Source: Eledone cirrhosa
Taxonomy: Eukaryota
Reading direction: 5' to 3'
NCBI GenBank assembly: GCA_964016885.1
Contig: OZ024764.1
Location: 10,974,001 to 11,038,000 of the forward strand
DNA length: 64,000 nt
A program made the position numbers and the translations under genes. Below, in pieces: positions 1 to 12,164 of this stretch. How positions within the stretch are numbered: position 1 is the stretch's first letter; each line of letters begins with the position of its first letter. The notes beneath the pieces are model-generated. The model did no database searches. It was not told where the DNA came from and worked only from the letters and a program-made list of their open reading frames with translations.

Positions 1-1
1 C

Positions 2-367
<366 letters not shown>

Positions 368-617
368 TATCTGTGTTAAATCATCATCTCAGAAGAGATC
401 TATAAAAGTAGCCTTAACAATATCAATGGCCATTGTATGAAAGAAATATTTTATATAACAATAAATATATTCACACATGTATGAAGATATTACAGTGTGT
501 GAATACAACCTCACAACACTATTATAACAGTAGCACGCATGTAACACATGACAACGACTTTGTGTCAGATTTATATCAGAAACAATAATTTAATATCTTT
601 ATCTTTCTCACTCACAC

Positions 618-798
618 AGTGTTGACAAGATGGTTAGTGGAAGAAAAGCAATCATCTCTAGCTATCTATCTATTTTCTTATCTTTGGGCAATAAAAACAG
701 CACCATCTATCTGTAAGTGTTGACAAGATGGTTAGTGGAAGAAAAGCAATCATCTATAGCTATCTATCTATTTTCTTATCTTTGGGCAATAAAAACAG
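618..798 (+). repeat. 98-bp tandem repeat (~1.8 copies) in the ZNF-1 3' region, each unit carrying AATAAA
   Basis: agtgttgacaagatggttag... starts at 618 and 716. Confidence 0.85.
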
Positions 799-1212
799 AG
801 TTATGAGACAAATTAGTCTGGAGACTACATCATGTTCATATAGATCTATATTTTGATTTGGTTGCTATCCCCTTCCTAACACCAACCATATTACAGTGTG
901 GACTGGGAGCTTTTTATCATGACATTGTACCATGCATGTGATTGTCATTTCCTGTGTGAGTCCCAAATTATTGACTTCTGACCTCATAATTTAATAAACA
1001 AAAATATAAATAAAACCGTCTTACTTTGAAATTATTCTCTTACCATTTTATATGTAAAATATCTGAGCAAGGCTTGTCGTGGCACAATAACATGCAGGAC
1101 TATATGTAAGTGAGATGAAAAACCCTGCTTCTGTACAGACACAGTGAGTGAAGTCCTGTCCAACCTTTGCTAGCAGAGAAAGTGAAATTTAAAAGATGAT
1201 TGATTATATATG

Positions 1213-1360
1213 TGAAGCGCATGATTTATTGGTTAGAGCTTTGGGCTTGCAATTGAAAGGTTGTGAGTTCGATTCTCAGACCGAGTGATGTGTTGTGTCC
1301 TTGAGCAAGACACTTTATTTCACATTGCTCCAGTTTACTCAGCTGTAGAAATGAGTTGCG
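1213..1360 (+). mobile_element. tRNA-derived SINE head with a CORE-like central segment
   Basis: A-box/B-box-like (tggttagagc...gagttcgattc) followed by tgtgtccttgagcaagacacttt; copies at 6390, 20710-20838(-), 40720-40852(-), 52443, 60402. Confidence 0.75.
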
Positions 1361-1631
1361 ATACTGCCAAATCAATGGGTGGCAGTAGTTCCAGCTGCCA
1401 CCTTTCCACATCGAAAGACTGGTGTAGTGGTTCTGACAACAATGAGGCTTTGCAGATGATCAATACAAATTAACAATGGAAAGGTGCTCCAGCTCGAGTT
1501 AGAAGAGAACTATTGACCTTCAGGAGAAGCAGTGACCCCTGATTGTATTCAGCAACCAAAACAAATATGAAGTACACCAAATCCAATGCACCTAGGAGTG
1601 GCCCTGCTTCTTCTTATTTGCAAGTGTAAAC

Positions 1632-1952
1632 TCTGCCAGATTAGATTAGATTAGATGTCTATATATATATATTTTTAATGTGGTGTACCCTTCGTGGTCC
1701 CGACTCTTTTCCTATATATGTTATTCCTGGTTCAATCGGGGGTAACCACAGTAAGTAAGGTACTCAATACATAGCAGAGTATAAATGTTTTAATATAGAA
1801 AAGCTTCTACAGGACTAGAACTGTTTAATTCGTGAGAAATCATCAGGAAGCTCATTGTTGATTTCTCACGAATGAAACAGTTCTAGTCCTGTAGAAGCTT
1901 TTCTATATTAAAACTATATATATAGACATCTAATCTAATCTAATTTGGCAGA
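1632..1952. repeat. Nested inverted repeats (outer 1632-1670/1916-1952, inner 1787-1842/1859-1914) containing degenerate hammerhead motifs; Penelope pLTR-like remnant
   Basis: Arms are direct reverse complements; the - strand reads AGCTTC-CTGATGA...ACAG-ttctagtc-CTGT-A-GAAGCT with GAAA mutated to TAAA. Confidence 0.75.
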
Positions 1953-2929
1953 TTATATATATATATATTAATATAATATAATATAGAAATGGCTTCTACA
2001 AGACTAGAACTGTTTCATTTGGAAGAAATCATCAGGATTGTGGACTGTATCCCTGTAATGTAGGCATATGCGGATATATATATATGGTACAAATTATATA
2101 TATATATATATGGTACAATTATATATATATAGATGGTACAATTATATACATATATATACGGTAAAAATTATATATATACGATACAAATTATATATATATA
2201 CATATATATACGGTACAAATTATATCTATACATATATGGTACAAATTAGTTTGTTTTAAATTAAAACAAACTAACTAATTAACAAATGAGACATAAATGA
2301 TAAAGGGATTACACGTCCCACCCCAAACCTATCCTATTTATATAACATAAGGGATTTCTAGTAATGTACTTTTTAGTCATATATAATATTTTTTCATGTA
2401 GAAACAAGATTAATTGTCGCAGGAATGTTACCATTTTAAACTGGCCACACCCGGTCATAATTCTCTCACCTCTTTCTGATCAAACAGGCCACTCATACTT
2501 ATGTTAAGGTATTGTTCTCAGACTAATATCAAAATCTTGTAGATTGGATATTATGTGAGATAATTATTTACTGCGAAAATATAACATATATAGAGTAATG
2601 TAAATGTTAAAGGGTTAAAATAATATTTCACAGGAGATAGATTAGCAAAATTTAAAAAGCAGGGTTGGGGATGGTAAAAATCTGAAAAATTAACAAGTGA
2701 AAACAAGGCAAAACGAAAAATAATTTTTTAAAGGGGAAACCTTAAAAAATTATTTTTTGAAAATAAAAATACATACGAAAAACATAGAACTCCAGGGTTT
2801 CCACCCATCGAGATGGACTTTGGCAGTTTCGACTCCTACTAATTGCTGATGCAATGTATGTCTGGGTTAAACTATGTATTTTAATGTTGAATCTTGTTTA
2901 AAAAATATAATTATCCATTAAAGCTTATA

Positions 2930-2949
2930 ATGTTTCTCTTTTATTTCAG
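2930..2949 (+). other. Conserved 3' splice acceptor of the terminal ZNF exon (also AG at 10121-10122, 18890-18891, 30161-30162)
   Basis: Polypyrimidine + TTTCAG at the left edge of the homology block shared by ZNF-2 to ZNF-5. Confidence 0.7.
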
Positions 2950-3054
2950 AACATCAGATGACATTGGCATTGAAGTATATTTTTACCTTGGATACATCAT
3001 CAATATTTATCATCTTTTAAAGACTAGAAGAAGTTTTTATACAGAGCAGATATA

Positions 3055-3409
3055 CCCTATTTCCCGGCGCCGAAGACGTTTCGTCCTTGAGGGTGGACCC
3101 TAATTTTGACAACCAAAAATTTGAAATAAAATAATTGTTTCTACTATTGGCACAAGGCCAGTAATTCACCAGTACATTACTGGTACTTTATTTTATCGAC
3201 CCCCGTAAGGATGAACAGCAAAGTTAACCTCGGCTGGATTTGAACTCAGAATGGAAAGGGCCGTAACTCTATGCGTCAAAGCATGGCGTCCGACCCTCTA
3301 CCGAGACTGCCAATAAAATAATAAACAACCTTCGGCCTCCAAGACGCATGGTAGACTTTTTAGACTTATTTTAGGAAAAAAGTAGCTTCTTTGACGCCGG
3401 GAAATGCGG
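3055..3409. mobile_element. Tc1/mariner-type (Tc2/pogo-like ends) MITE with TA duplication, carrying a nested SINE, in the ZNF-2 5'UTR
   Basis: TIRs CCCTATTTCCCGGCGCCGAAGA / TCTTTGACGCCGGGAAATGCGG flanked by TA; empty site AGATATAACCCTG in ZNF-4 (~19005) and ZNF-5 (~30260). Confidence 0.85.
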
Positions 3410-3658
3410 TAACCCTGTTTATATAAATCTGTGGTAGAATAACTGAAATATTTCCTCTGACTGAGTTTATTAGCAAGAATTCTCTACTTCACTGTTTGGA
3501 ATGTGTACAAGATGATTTTATATTTAAACTAAACTTGGATTACAAAGGTGCAACATCTTCAGATATCAACAAAGATCACAGTAGTGGAAGGAATATTTGT
3601 TAAGAATAATATATAAAAAAATAAAACATTGGTATATTTTGTCGAGAGAAGAAGCATT

Positions 3659-5446
3659 ATGGAAAATAAATTGTGTGAGAACAAGATTAAATATGAAACA
3701 CAGTCTAAAAGTATTGAGTTACCTGATGAAATGCCAAAGAATACAGGAAAAACATCATACAGGTGTGATATCTGTAAAAAGTCATTCTCTCAAAAATTTA
3801 ATCTCACCACACATCAGGCTATTCATACAGGAGTGAAACCATATCACTGTGATATCTGTGGTAAATCATTTTCTCAAAAGGGTAATGTAAGTATTCACAG
3901 GCGTATTCATACAGGAGAGAAACCCTATTGCTGCAGTATCTGTGGTAAATCATTCTCTGTTAGAAGTGCCTTAACTACTCACCAACATATTCACACAGGA
4001 GAGAAACCATATCACTGTGATATCTGTGGTAAATCATTCCCTGAAAGTGATAACTTAACAAAACATATACGCATTCATACTGGTGAGAAACCATATCATT
4101 GTGACATCTGTGATAAATCATTCTCTCAAAATGGTGTGTTAAACGCTCACAAATATACTCATGCTGGAGAGAAACCATATCACTGTGATATCTGTGGTAA
4201 ATCATTCTCTGTAAAAAGTGTTTTGACTACTCACCAACGTATTCATACGGGAGAGAAACCATATCACTGTGATATCTGTGGTAAATCATTCCCTGAAAGT
4301 GATAACTTAACAAAACATATACGCATTCATACTGGTGAGAAACCATATCATTGTGACATCTGTGATAAATCATTCTCTCGAAATTCTATGTTAAACATCC
4401 ACAAATATACTCATACAGGAGACAAACCCTATTGCTGCAGTATCTGTGGTAAATCATTCTCTGTAAGAAGTGCCTTAACTACTCACCAACATATTCACAC
4501 AGGAGAGAAACCATATCACTGTGATATCTGTGGTAAATCATTCCCTGAAAGAGGTAACTTAACAAAACATATACGCATTCATACTGGTGAGAAACCATAT
4601 CATTGTGACATCTGTGATAAATCATTCTCTCAAAATGGTGTGTTAAACGCTCACAAATATACTCATGCTGGAGAGAAACCATATCACTGTGATATCTGTG
4701 GTAAATCATTCTCTGTAAAAAGTGTTTTGACTACTCACCAACGTATTCATACGGGAGAGAAACCATATCACTGTGATATCTGTGGTAAATCATTCCCTGA
4801 AAGTGATAACTTAACAAAACATATACGCATTCATACTGGTGAGAAACCATATCATTGTGACATCTGTGATAAATCATTCTCTCGAAATTCTATGTTAAAC
4901 ATCCACAAATATACTCATACAGGAGACAAACCCTATTGCTGCAGTATCTGTGGTAAATCATTCTCTGTAAGAAGTGCCTTAACTACTCACCAACATATTC
5001 ACACAGGAGAGAAACCATATCACTGTGATATCTGTGGTAAATCATTCCCTGAAAGAGGTAACTTAACAAAACATATACGCATTCATACTGGTGAGAAACC
5101 ATATCATTGTGACATCTGTGATAAATCATTCTCTCAAAATTATGTGTTAAACACTCACAAATATACTCATGCTGGAGAGAAACCATATCACTGTGATATC
5201 TGTGGTAAATCATTCTCTGTAAAAAGTGTTTTGACTACTCACCAACGTATTCATACGGGAGAGAAAGCATATCACTGTGATATCTGTGGTCAATCATTCT
5301 CGAGCAGAGGTAAATTAATTATTCACAAACGTGTTCATACAGGAGAGAAACCATATCACTGTGATATATGTGGTAAATCATTCTCCCAAGCTGGCCACTT
5401 AACTAGACACAAATACATTCATACAGGAGAGAAACCATATCACTGA
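3659..5446 (+). CDS. C2H2 zinc-finger protein ZNF-2, 595 aa, 20 fingers
   Basis: First ATG at 3659 (MENKLCE...), 28-aa leader, 20 x 28-aa fingers; no KRAB or other effector domain visible. Confidence 0.95.
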   Translation: MENKLCENKIKYETQSKSIELPDEMPKNTGKTSYRCDICKKSFSQKFNLTTHQAIHTGVKPYHCDICGKSFSQKGNVSIHRRIHTGEKPYCCSICGKSFSVRSALTTHQHIHTGEKPYHCDICGKSFPESDNLTKHIRIHTGEKPYHCDICDKSFSQNGVLNAHKYTHAGEKPYHCDICGKSFSVKSVLTTHQRIHTGEKPYHCDICGKSFPESDNLTKHIRIHTGEKPYHCDICDKSFSRNSMLNIHKYTHTGDKPYCCSICGKSFSVRSALTTHQHIHTGEKPYHCDICGKSFPERGNLTKHIRIHTGEKPYHCDICDKSFSQNGVLNAHKYTHAGEKPYHCDICGKSFSVKSVLTTHQRIHTGEKPYHCDICGKSFPESDNLTKHIRIHTGEKPYHCDICDKSFSRNSMLNIHKYTHTGDKPYCCSICGKSFSVRSALTTHQHIHTGEKPYHCDICGKSFPERGNLTKHIRIHTGEKPYHCDICDKSFSQNYVLNTHKYTHAGEKPYHCDICGKSFSVKSVLTTHQRIHTGEKAYHCDICGQSFSSRGKLIIHKRVHTGEKPYHCDICGKSFSQAGHLTRHKYIHTGEKPYH

Positions 5447-5694
5447 TATCTGTGTTAAATCATCATCTCAGAAGAGATCTATAAAAGTAGCCTTAACAAT
5501 ATCAACAGCCATTGTATGAAAGATATTTTATATAACAATAAATATATTCACACATGTATGAAGATATTACAGTGTGTGAATACAACCTCACAACACTATT
5601 ATAACAGTAGCACGCATGTAACACATCACAACCACTTTGTGTCAGATTTATATCAGAAACAATAATTTAATATCTTTCTCTTTCTCACTCACAC

Positions 5695-5973
5695 AGTGTT
5701 GACAAGATGGTTAGTGGAAGAAAAGCAATCATCTATAGCTATCTGTCTATTTTCTTATCTTTGGGCAATAAAAACAGCACCATCTATCTGTAAGTGTTGA
5801 CAAGATGGTTAGTGGAAGAAAAGCAATCATCTATAGCTATCTGTCTATTTTCTTATCTTTGGGCAATAAAAACAGCACCATCTATCTGTAAGTGTTGACA
5901 AGATGGTTAGTGGAAGAAAAGCAATCATCTATAGCTCTCTATCTATTTTCTTATCTTTGGGCAATAAAAACAG
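5695..5973 (+). repeat. 98-bp tandem repeat (~2.8 copies) in the ZNF-2 3' region
   Basis: Units start at 5695, 5793 and 5891. Confidence 0.85.
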
Positions 5974-6603
5974 AGTTATGAGACAAATTAGTCTGGAGAC
6001 CACATCATGTTCATATAGATCTATATTTTGATTTGGTTGCTATCCCCTTCCTAACACCAACCATATTACAGTATGGACTGGGAGCTTTTTATCATGACAT
6101 TGTACCATGTATGTGATTGTCATTTCCTGTGTGAGTCCCAAATTATTGACTTCTGACCTCATAATTTAATAAACAAAAATATAAATAAAACCGTCTTACT
6201 TTGAAATTATTCTCTTACCATTTTATATGTAAAATATCTGAGCAAGGCTTGTCGTGGCACAATAACATGCAGGACTATATGTAAGCGAGATGAAAAGCCC
6301 TGCTTCTGTACAGACACAGTGAGTGAGGTCCTGTCCAACCTTTGCTAGCAGAGAAAGTGAAATTTAAAAGATGATTGATTATATATGTGAAGCGCATGAC
6401 TTATTGGTTAGAGCTTTGGGCTTGCAATTGAAAGGTTGTGAGTTCGAGTCTCAGACCGAGTGATGTGTTGTGTCCTTGAGCAAGACACTTTATTTCACAT
6501 TGCTCATTAATATATATATATATATATATATTTGTGGTAAGGTTGCTTAGATGCATCCATAGGCAGTTTGCCGGTTGAGCACTCTTTGCTTCGAAATCAC
6601 TAG

Positions 6604-6696
6604 ACGTATCTGAGGAACTTGCGATTCCAGAGTCAGGTTCAATCCACAAACAGATCACACCTCGAGCTGTTTGCCGGAGAAACACTTGTAATACGT
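6604..6696 (+). ncRNA. Type-I hammerhead ribozyme motif with long stem-II insert
   Basis: ACGTAT-CTGAGGA-(62 nt)-GAAAC-actt-GTA/ATACGT: perfect 6-bp stem I, AATAAA directly downstream. Confidence 0.65.
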
Positions 6697-6807
6697 AATA
6701 AATTTGTGTTTCGATGTCTCACTCATTCTTCGTTTTCCATATTATATATATATATATATGCACAACAAATGAGCAGGATGATATATATATACATATATAT
6801 ATATATA

Positions 6808-7132
6808 TAATATAAGATCAAAAGATGGTTAAAAGAGTTCCAAGTATTTTATTATGCGCATTTCAAAAACAAATATCATCATGGGATGATATCTGCGTTT
6901 TCATCAGGGATACATGATATGAAGCTTAAAAAACACTTGTGAATAGTGAAGTATTAAATCAACATATGTTGATTTAAAACTTCACTATTCACAAGTGTTT
7001 TTTAAGCTTCATATCATGTATCCCTATTTTATCTGATGAAAACGCCGATATCATCCCATGATGATATTTGTTTTTGAAATGCGCATAATAAAATACTTTG
7101 AACTCTTTTAACCATCTTTTGATCTTATATTA
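6808..7132. repeat. ~325-bp near-perfect fold-back palindrome next to (TA)n
   Basis: 6808-6965 is the reverse complement of 6966-7132 apart from an ~8-nt bulge and a few mismatches. Confidence 0.9.
7025..7095 (+). ncRNA. Minimal type-I hammerhead ribozyme motif
   Basis: TATTTTAT-CTGATGA-(stem II ...ATATCATC-ccat-GATGATAT...)-GAAAT-gcgc-ATA/ATAAAATA: 8-bp stem I, palindromic loop 3. Confidence 0.8.
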
Positions 7133-7321
7133 TTTATACTCCAGTCCTACAAACTGTAGAGTGCTACTTATCCGATATCTGCATTGCTTTATTGTGCTAC
7201 CATAAAACTCACTTCCTACATATATATATATATATATATATATAACGAAGGAAATGTGGTAAGGAACCAGGTGGACCATAACGCACCAAAGTACTCAATA
7301 CTTAGGGTAGTAGAGTGGGTA

Positions 7322-8011
7322 ATAGGAACAAGTAAGACCCCGACGGCTGAGCTCAAGCCATTTCGACGGCTAATTCAGTACAGAATTAGCCGTCGAAACG
7401 GCTTGAGCTCAGCCATCGGGGTCTTACTTGTTCCTATATATATATATATATATATATATTTGAATGTATGTCAACGGGAAGCAGCCCCTTGAGCTGTAGC
7501 TATGATTGAATTCTGACAAGGTCTGTCACAACCCATCTAACACTTGATAGCTGGAAAAAGGGTATTGAATGATGATATATATATGGTACACGAAGGAGTT
7601 GTGGTAAGGAACCAGATGGACCATAACGCACCAGAGTACTCAATACTTAGGGTAGTAGAGTAGGTAATAGGAAAAAGTATGACCCTGACCGCAGAACTCA
7701 AGCCGTTTCGACGGCTATTTCTGGAATAAATTCTAATTTAGTCCAGAAATAACTGTCAAAGCGGCTTGAGCTCTGCGGTCGGGGTCATACTTTTTCCTAT
7801 TACCCAATCTACTACCCTAAGTATTGTGTATTTTGATGCCTTATGGTCCATCTGGTTCCTTACCACCACTCCTTTGTGTACCATATATATATATATATAT
7901 AATTCAATACCCTTTTTCCGGCTATCAAGTGTTAGATGGGTTGTGACAGACCTTGTCAGAATTCAATCATAGCTACAGCTCAAGGGGCTGCTTCTCGTTG
8001 ACATACGTTCA
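7322..8011. repeat. Two fold-back structures (7322-7436; 7461-8011 with inner 7583-7885) in (TA)n
   Basis: Arms are reverse complements; 7245-7370 repeats directly at 7590-7715; the 3' half of a hammerhead (GAAAC-GGC...GCC-(G/A)TC) is visible. Confidence 0.85.
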
Positions 8012-8021
8012 CCCCTACCAC

Positions 8022-8064
<43 letters not shown>

Positions 8065-8464
8065 AGTTTATCCAGGGTTCAATTGGGAGTAACCACAGTA
8101 AGTAAGGTACTCAATACATAGCAGAATATAAATATTTAATATAGAAATGGCTTCTACAGGACTAGAACTGTTTCATTCGGAAGAAATCATCAGGATTGTG
8201 GACTGTATCCCTGTAATGTAGGCATATGCGGATATATATATATGGTACAAATTATATATATATATGGTACAATTATATACATATATATACGGTAAAAATT
8301 ATATATATACGATACAAATTATATATATATATATATACATATATATACGGTACAAATTATATCTATACATATATGGTACAAATTAGTTTGTTTTAAATTA
8401 AAACAAACTAACTAATTAACAAAGGAGACATAAATGCGAAAGGGATTCGACGTCCCATTACATC

Positions 8465-8979
8465 TTTGTTATTCACTGCGACCCTGTACTTCCGGTCCCC
8501 ACACAATAACATCTTAATCAGTTCTACCTGTAATTAATATCACAACTCCACCAATTCACACCTTCACCTTATAGATTTAATATTTTCAAGGTATTTTAAC
8601 TTTATTCTAGTAACTTTTACTTCAGTTTATTGTTTTCTTCTTAAAATATTTCTAACTAATTTTCTCTTTATTCTTTCGTCTTCATCTTCTTTCCAGATGA
8701 AATATTTTCAGACTGTCAACCTAATCTTATTGTTTGTTGTTATTTTCTATAAAACACTAAATATTGAACTGATTTATATGTAATTATCATCCTTAACGAT
8801 CTATGTTTACACAGTGTATCTTTCTCTACCAAATTTACAGAATCTACATCTTTATAACGTAGAGAATCCTTGGACAACAGATCGGGAAATAAGAAATCTA
8901 AAATATCTCGTCCGAAAGATTACCCAGTCTTTGTGTACATACATTTTAGGGGTTAAGGTCTCCTCGTCTGCTCGTAAGT
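8465..8979 (+). promoter_or_regulatory. Putative promoter and non-coding 5' exon block of ZNF-3 (Ets motif 8488-8496, acceptor AG 8695-8696, donor GTAAGT 8974)
   Basis: Block conserved upstream of ZNF-4 (17195-18050) and ZNF-5 (23490-24425); ACTTCCGGT is the reverse complement of the Ets consensus. Confidence 0.55.
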
Positions 8980-9054
8980 CAGTGTATGTGTGTATATATA
9001 TATATATATATAATACAAGGACGATTGGTTAACCCCTCATTCCGTTTTTTGGTT

Positions 9055-9129
9055 GGTGACGCGCGTTTCGGTATTGATCAGCTCATGGTTCGATCTGGTC
9101 CGACTCTGGAATCAAAAGCTCGTCGGACC
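9055..9129 (-). ncRNA. Hammerhead-like motif with variant core CCGACGA
   Basis: GGT-CCGACGA...GAAAC-gcgc-GTC/ACC; insert homologous to those at 6617-6678 and 12085-12145. Confidence 0.55.
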
Positions 9130-10227
9130 TCTGTTGTAGTAATGACAGTAACTTCGCGTTACACTCCCTGGATATATATATATTAATACAGGGGCCGGCC
9201 GTCGAACAAACACTACGCATTCGACCAGACCATGTATCATGTAAAGAAAATTTTTTTTTCGGGGAAATTATTCCAAATTGAAAGGTTTCTTAGGAACTTT
9301 CTATGTTTATTTTAGGTTTTGCCGAGTGAAGAGCTCAGGCTCTCATAATTGTCTTTTATACCTTGTTAAATTAGATAACTGAATCACAGCTTTTTAACCC
9401 CTTTGTTGCCTACCTGGCGAAAACAGACTCTGATTCTATGAAATAAAACCACTAGTTTTTTTGTGTTTTTTTAAAACCAGAATTAGTCGTTTAGTTTATA
9501 TATTGAGACCCCAAACCTATCCTATTTATATAACATAAGGGATTTTTAGTCATATATAATATTTTTTCATGTAGAAACAAGATTAATTGTCGCGGGAATG
9601 TTACCATTTTAAACTGGCCACATCCGGTCATAATTCTCTCACCTCTTTCTGATCAAACAGGCCACTCATACTTATGTTAAGGTATTGTTCTCAGACTAAT
9701 ATCAAAATCTTGTAGGTTGGATATTATGTGAGATAATTATTTACTGTGAAAATATAACATATATAGAGTAATGTAAATGTTAAAGGGTTAAAATAATATT
9801 TCACCGGAGATAGATTAGCAAAATTTAAAAAGCAGGGTTGGGGATGGTAAAAATCTCCAAAATTAACAAGTGAAAACAAGGCAAAACGGAATATAATTTT
9901 TTAAAGGGGAAACCTTAAAAAATTATTTTTTGAAAATAAAAATACAAACGAAAGACATAGAACTCCAGGGTTTCCACCCATTGAGATGGACTTTGGCAGT
10001 TTCGACTCCTACTAATTGCTGATCCAATGTATGTCTGGGTTAAACTATGTATTTTAATGTTGAATCTTGTTTAAAAAATATAATTATCCATTAAAGCTTA
10101 TAATGTTTCTCTTTTATTTCAGAACATCAGATGACATTGGCATTGAAGTATATTTTTACCTTGGATACATCATCAATATTTATCATCTTTTAAAGACTAG
10201 AAGAAGTTTTTATACAGAGCAGATATA

Positions 10228-10581
10228 CCCTATTTCCCGGCGCCGAAGACGTTTCGTCCTTGAGGGTGGACCCTAATTTTGACAACCAAAAATTTGAAAA
10301 AAAATAATTGTTTCTACTATTGGCACAAGGCCAGTAATTCACCAGTACATTACTGGTACTTTATTATATCGACCCCGTAATGATGAAAGGCAAAGTTAAC
10401 TTCGGCGGGATTTGAACTCAGAATGGAAAGGGCCGTAACTCTATGCGTCAAAGCATGGCGTCCGACCCTCTACCGATACTGCCAATAAAATAATAAACAA
10501 CCTTCGGCCTCCAAGACGCATGGTAGACTTTTTAGACTTATTTTAGGAAAAAAGTAGCTTCTTTGACGCCGGGAAATGCGG
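10228..10581. mobile_element. MITE plus nested SINE in the ZNF-3 5'UTR (same insertion as 3055-3409)
   Basis: Same TIRs, TA duplication and position. Confidence 0.85.
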
Positions 10582-10842
10582 TAACCCTGTTTATATAAAT
10601 CTGTGGTAGAATAACTGAAATATTTCCTCTGACTGAGTTTATTAGCAAGAATTCTCTACTTCACTGTTTGGAATGTGTACAAGATGATTTTATATTTAAA
10701 CTAAACTTGGATTACAAAGGTGCAACATCTTCAGATATCAACAAAGATCACAGTTGATGGAAATGTAGTGGAAGGAATATTTGTTACAAATAATATATAA
10801 AAAAATAAAACATTGGTATATTTTGTCGAGAGAAGAAGCATT

Positions 10843-12054
10843 ATGGAAAATAAATTGTGTGAGAACAAGATGAAATATGAAACACAGTCTAAAAGTATTG
10901 AGTTACCTGATGAAATGCCAAAAAATACAGGAAAAACATCATACAGGTGTGATATCTGTAATAAGACATTCTCTCAAAAATTTAATGTTACTATTCACCA
11001 ACGTACTCATACAGGAGAGAAGCCATATCAGTGTGATATCTGTGATAAATCATTCTCTCACAAATGTAACCTTATTGTTCACCAACGTACTCATACAGGA
11101 GAGACACCATATCATTGTGATATCTGTGATAAATTATTCTCTCAAAATAGTGACTTAACTCGACACAAACGCATTCATACAGGAGAGAAACCATATCACT
11201 GTGATGTCTGCAGTAAATCATTCTCTCAAAAATGCAACCTCACTGTACACCAATGTATTCATACGGGTGAGAAACCATATCACTGTGATATCTGTGGGAA
11301 ATCATTCTTTAAAAATAATAACCTAACTCAACACCAACGCATTCATACAGGAGAGAAACCATATCACTGTGACATCTGTGGGAAATCATTTTCTAAAAAG
11401 GATAACTTAACAACTCACAAACGCATTCATACAGGAGAGAAACCATATCACTGCGATATCTGTAGTAAATCATTCTCTCAAAATAGTGACCTAACTAAAC
11501 ACAAATGTATTCATACAGGAGAGAAACCATATCACTGTGACATCTGTGGTAAATCATTCTCTCAAAGTGGTGACCTAACTAAACACACACGTATTCATAC
11601 AGGAGAGAAACCATATCACTGCAATATCTGTGGAAAATCATTCACTAAAAGTGATCACTTACCAACACACATACGTATTCATACAGGAGAGAAACCATAT
11701 CATTGTGAAATCTGTGGTGACTCTTTCTCTCGAAATGATTACTTAACTAAACACGTACGCATTCACACAGGCGAGAAACCCTATCTCTGTGATATCTGTG
11801 GTCAGTCATTTTCTCTATATCATAACTTAACTAAACATAAACGTATTCACACAGGAGAGAAACCATACCACTGTGATATCTGTGGTCAGTCATTTTCTCT
11901 ATATCATAACTTAACTAAACATAAACGTATTCACACAGGAGAGAAACCATACCACTGTGATATCTGTGGGAAATCATACTCTCGAAATGCTGATTTGAAT
12001 ATTCACAAACGTCTTCATACAGAAGAGAAACCATATCTCGACTCAGAATCTTAG
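10843..12054 (+). CDS. C2H2 zinc-finger protein ZNF-3, 403 aa, 13 fingers
   Basis: ATG at 10843, leader nearly identical to ZNF-2, 13 fingers, fingers 11 and 12 share SLYHNLTKH. Confidence 0.95.
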   Translation: MENKLCENKMKYETQSKSIELPDEMPKNTGKTSYRCDICNKTFSQKFNVTIHQRTHTGEKPYQCDICDKSFSHKCNLIVHQRTHTGETPYHCDICDKLFSQNSDLTRHKRIHTGEKPYHCDVCSKSFSQKCNLTVHQCIHTGEKPYHCDICGKSFFKNNNLTQHQRIHTGEKPYHCDICGKSFSKKDNLTTHKRIHTGEKPYHCDICSKSFSQNSDLTKHKCIHTGEKPYHCDICGKSFSQSGDLTKHTRIHTGEKPYHCNICGKSFTKSDHLPTHIRIHTGEKPYHCEICGDSFSRNDYLTKHVRIHTGEKPYLCDICGQSFSLYHNLTKHKRIHTGEKPYHCDICGQSFSLYHNLTKHKRIHTGEKPYHCDICGKSYSRNADLNIHKRLHTEEKPYLDSES

Positions 12055-12070
12055 ACGGACTCATATACTA

Positions 12071-12164
12071 AGCATATCTGACGATCTTTTGATTACAGAG
12101 TCAGGTTCAATCTATAATAGGTCTTGCCTCAAGCTGATCAATAGTGAAACATATGTAATATGTT
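12071..12164 (+). ncRNA. Type-I hammerhead ribozyme motif immediately 3' of the ZNF-3 stop codon
   Basis: AGCATAT-CTGACGA-t-CTTTTGATT...GATCAATAG-t-GAAAC-atat-GTA/ATATGTT; ATTAAA at 12165-12170. Confidence 0.7.

Noticed and set aside
2894-3103. Identical 69-aa ORF here and at 10067-10276
   Set aside because: TTG start, spans an intron acceptor and a MITE end; identity reflects the recent duplication.
3629-3658. Upstream starts given by the ORF track for the ZNF genes (3629, 10813, 19146, 30516)
   Set aside because: These are TTG/GTG codons; the conserved GCATTATGG ATG is the plausible eukaryotic start.
3975-5213. Three repeated antisense 76-aa ORFs
   Set aside because: Shadow frames of the 504-bp finger repeat.
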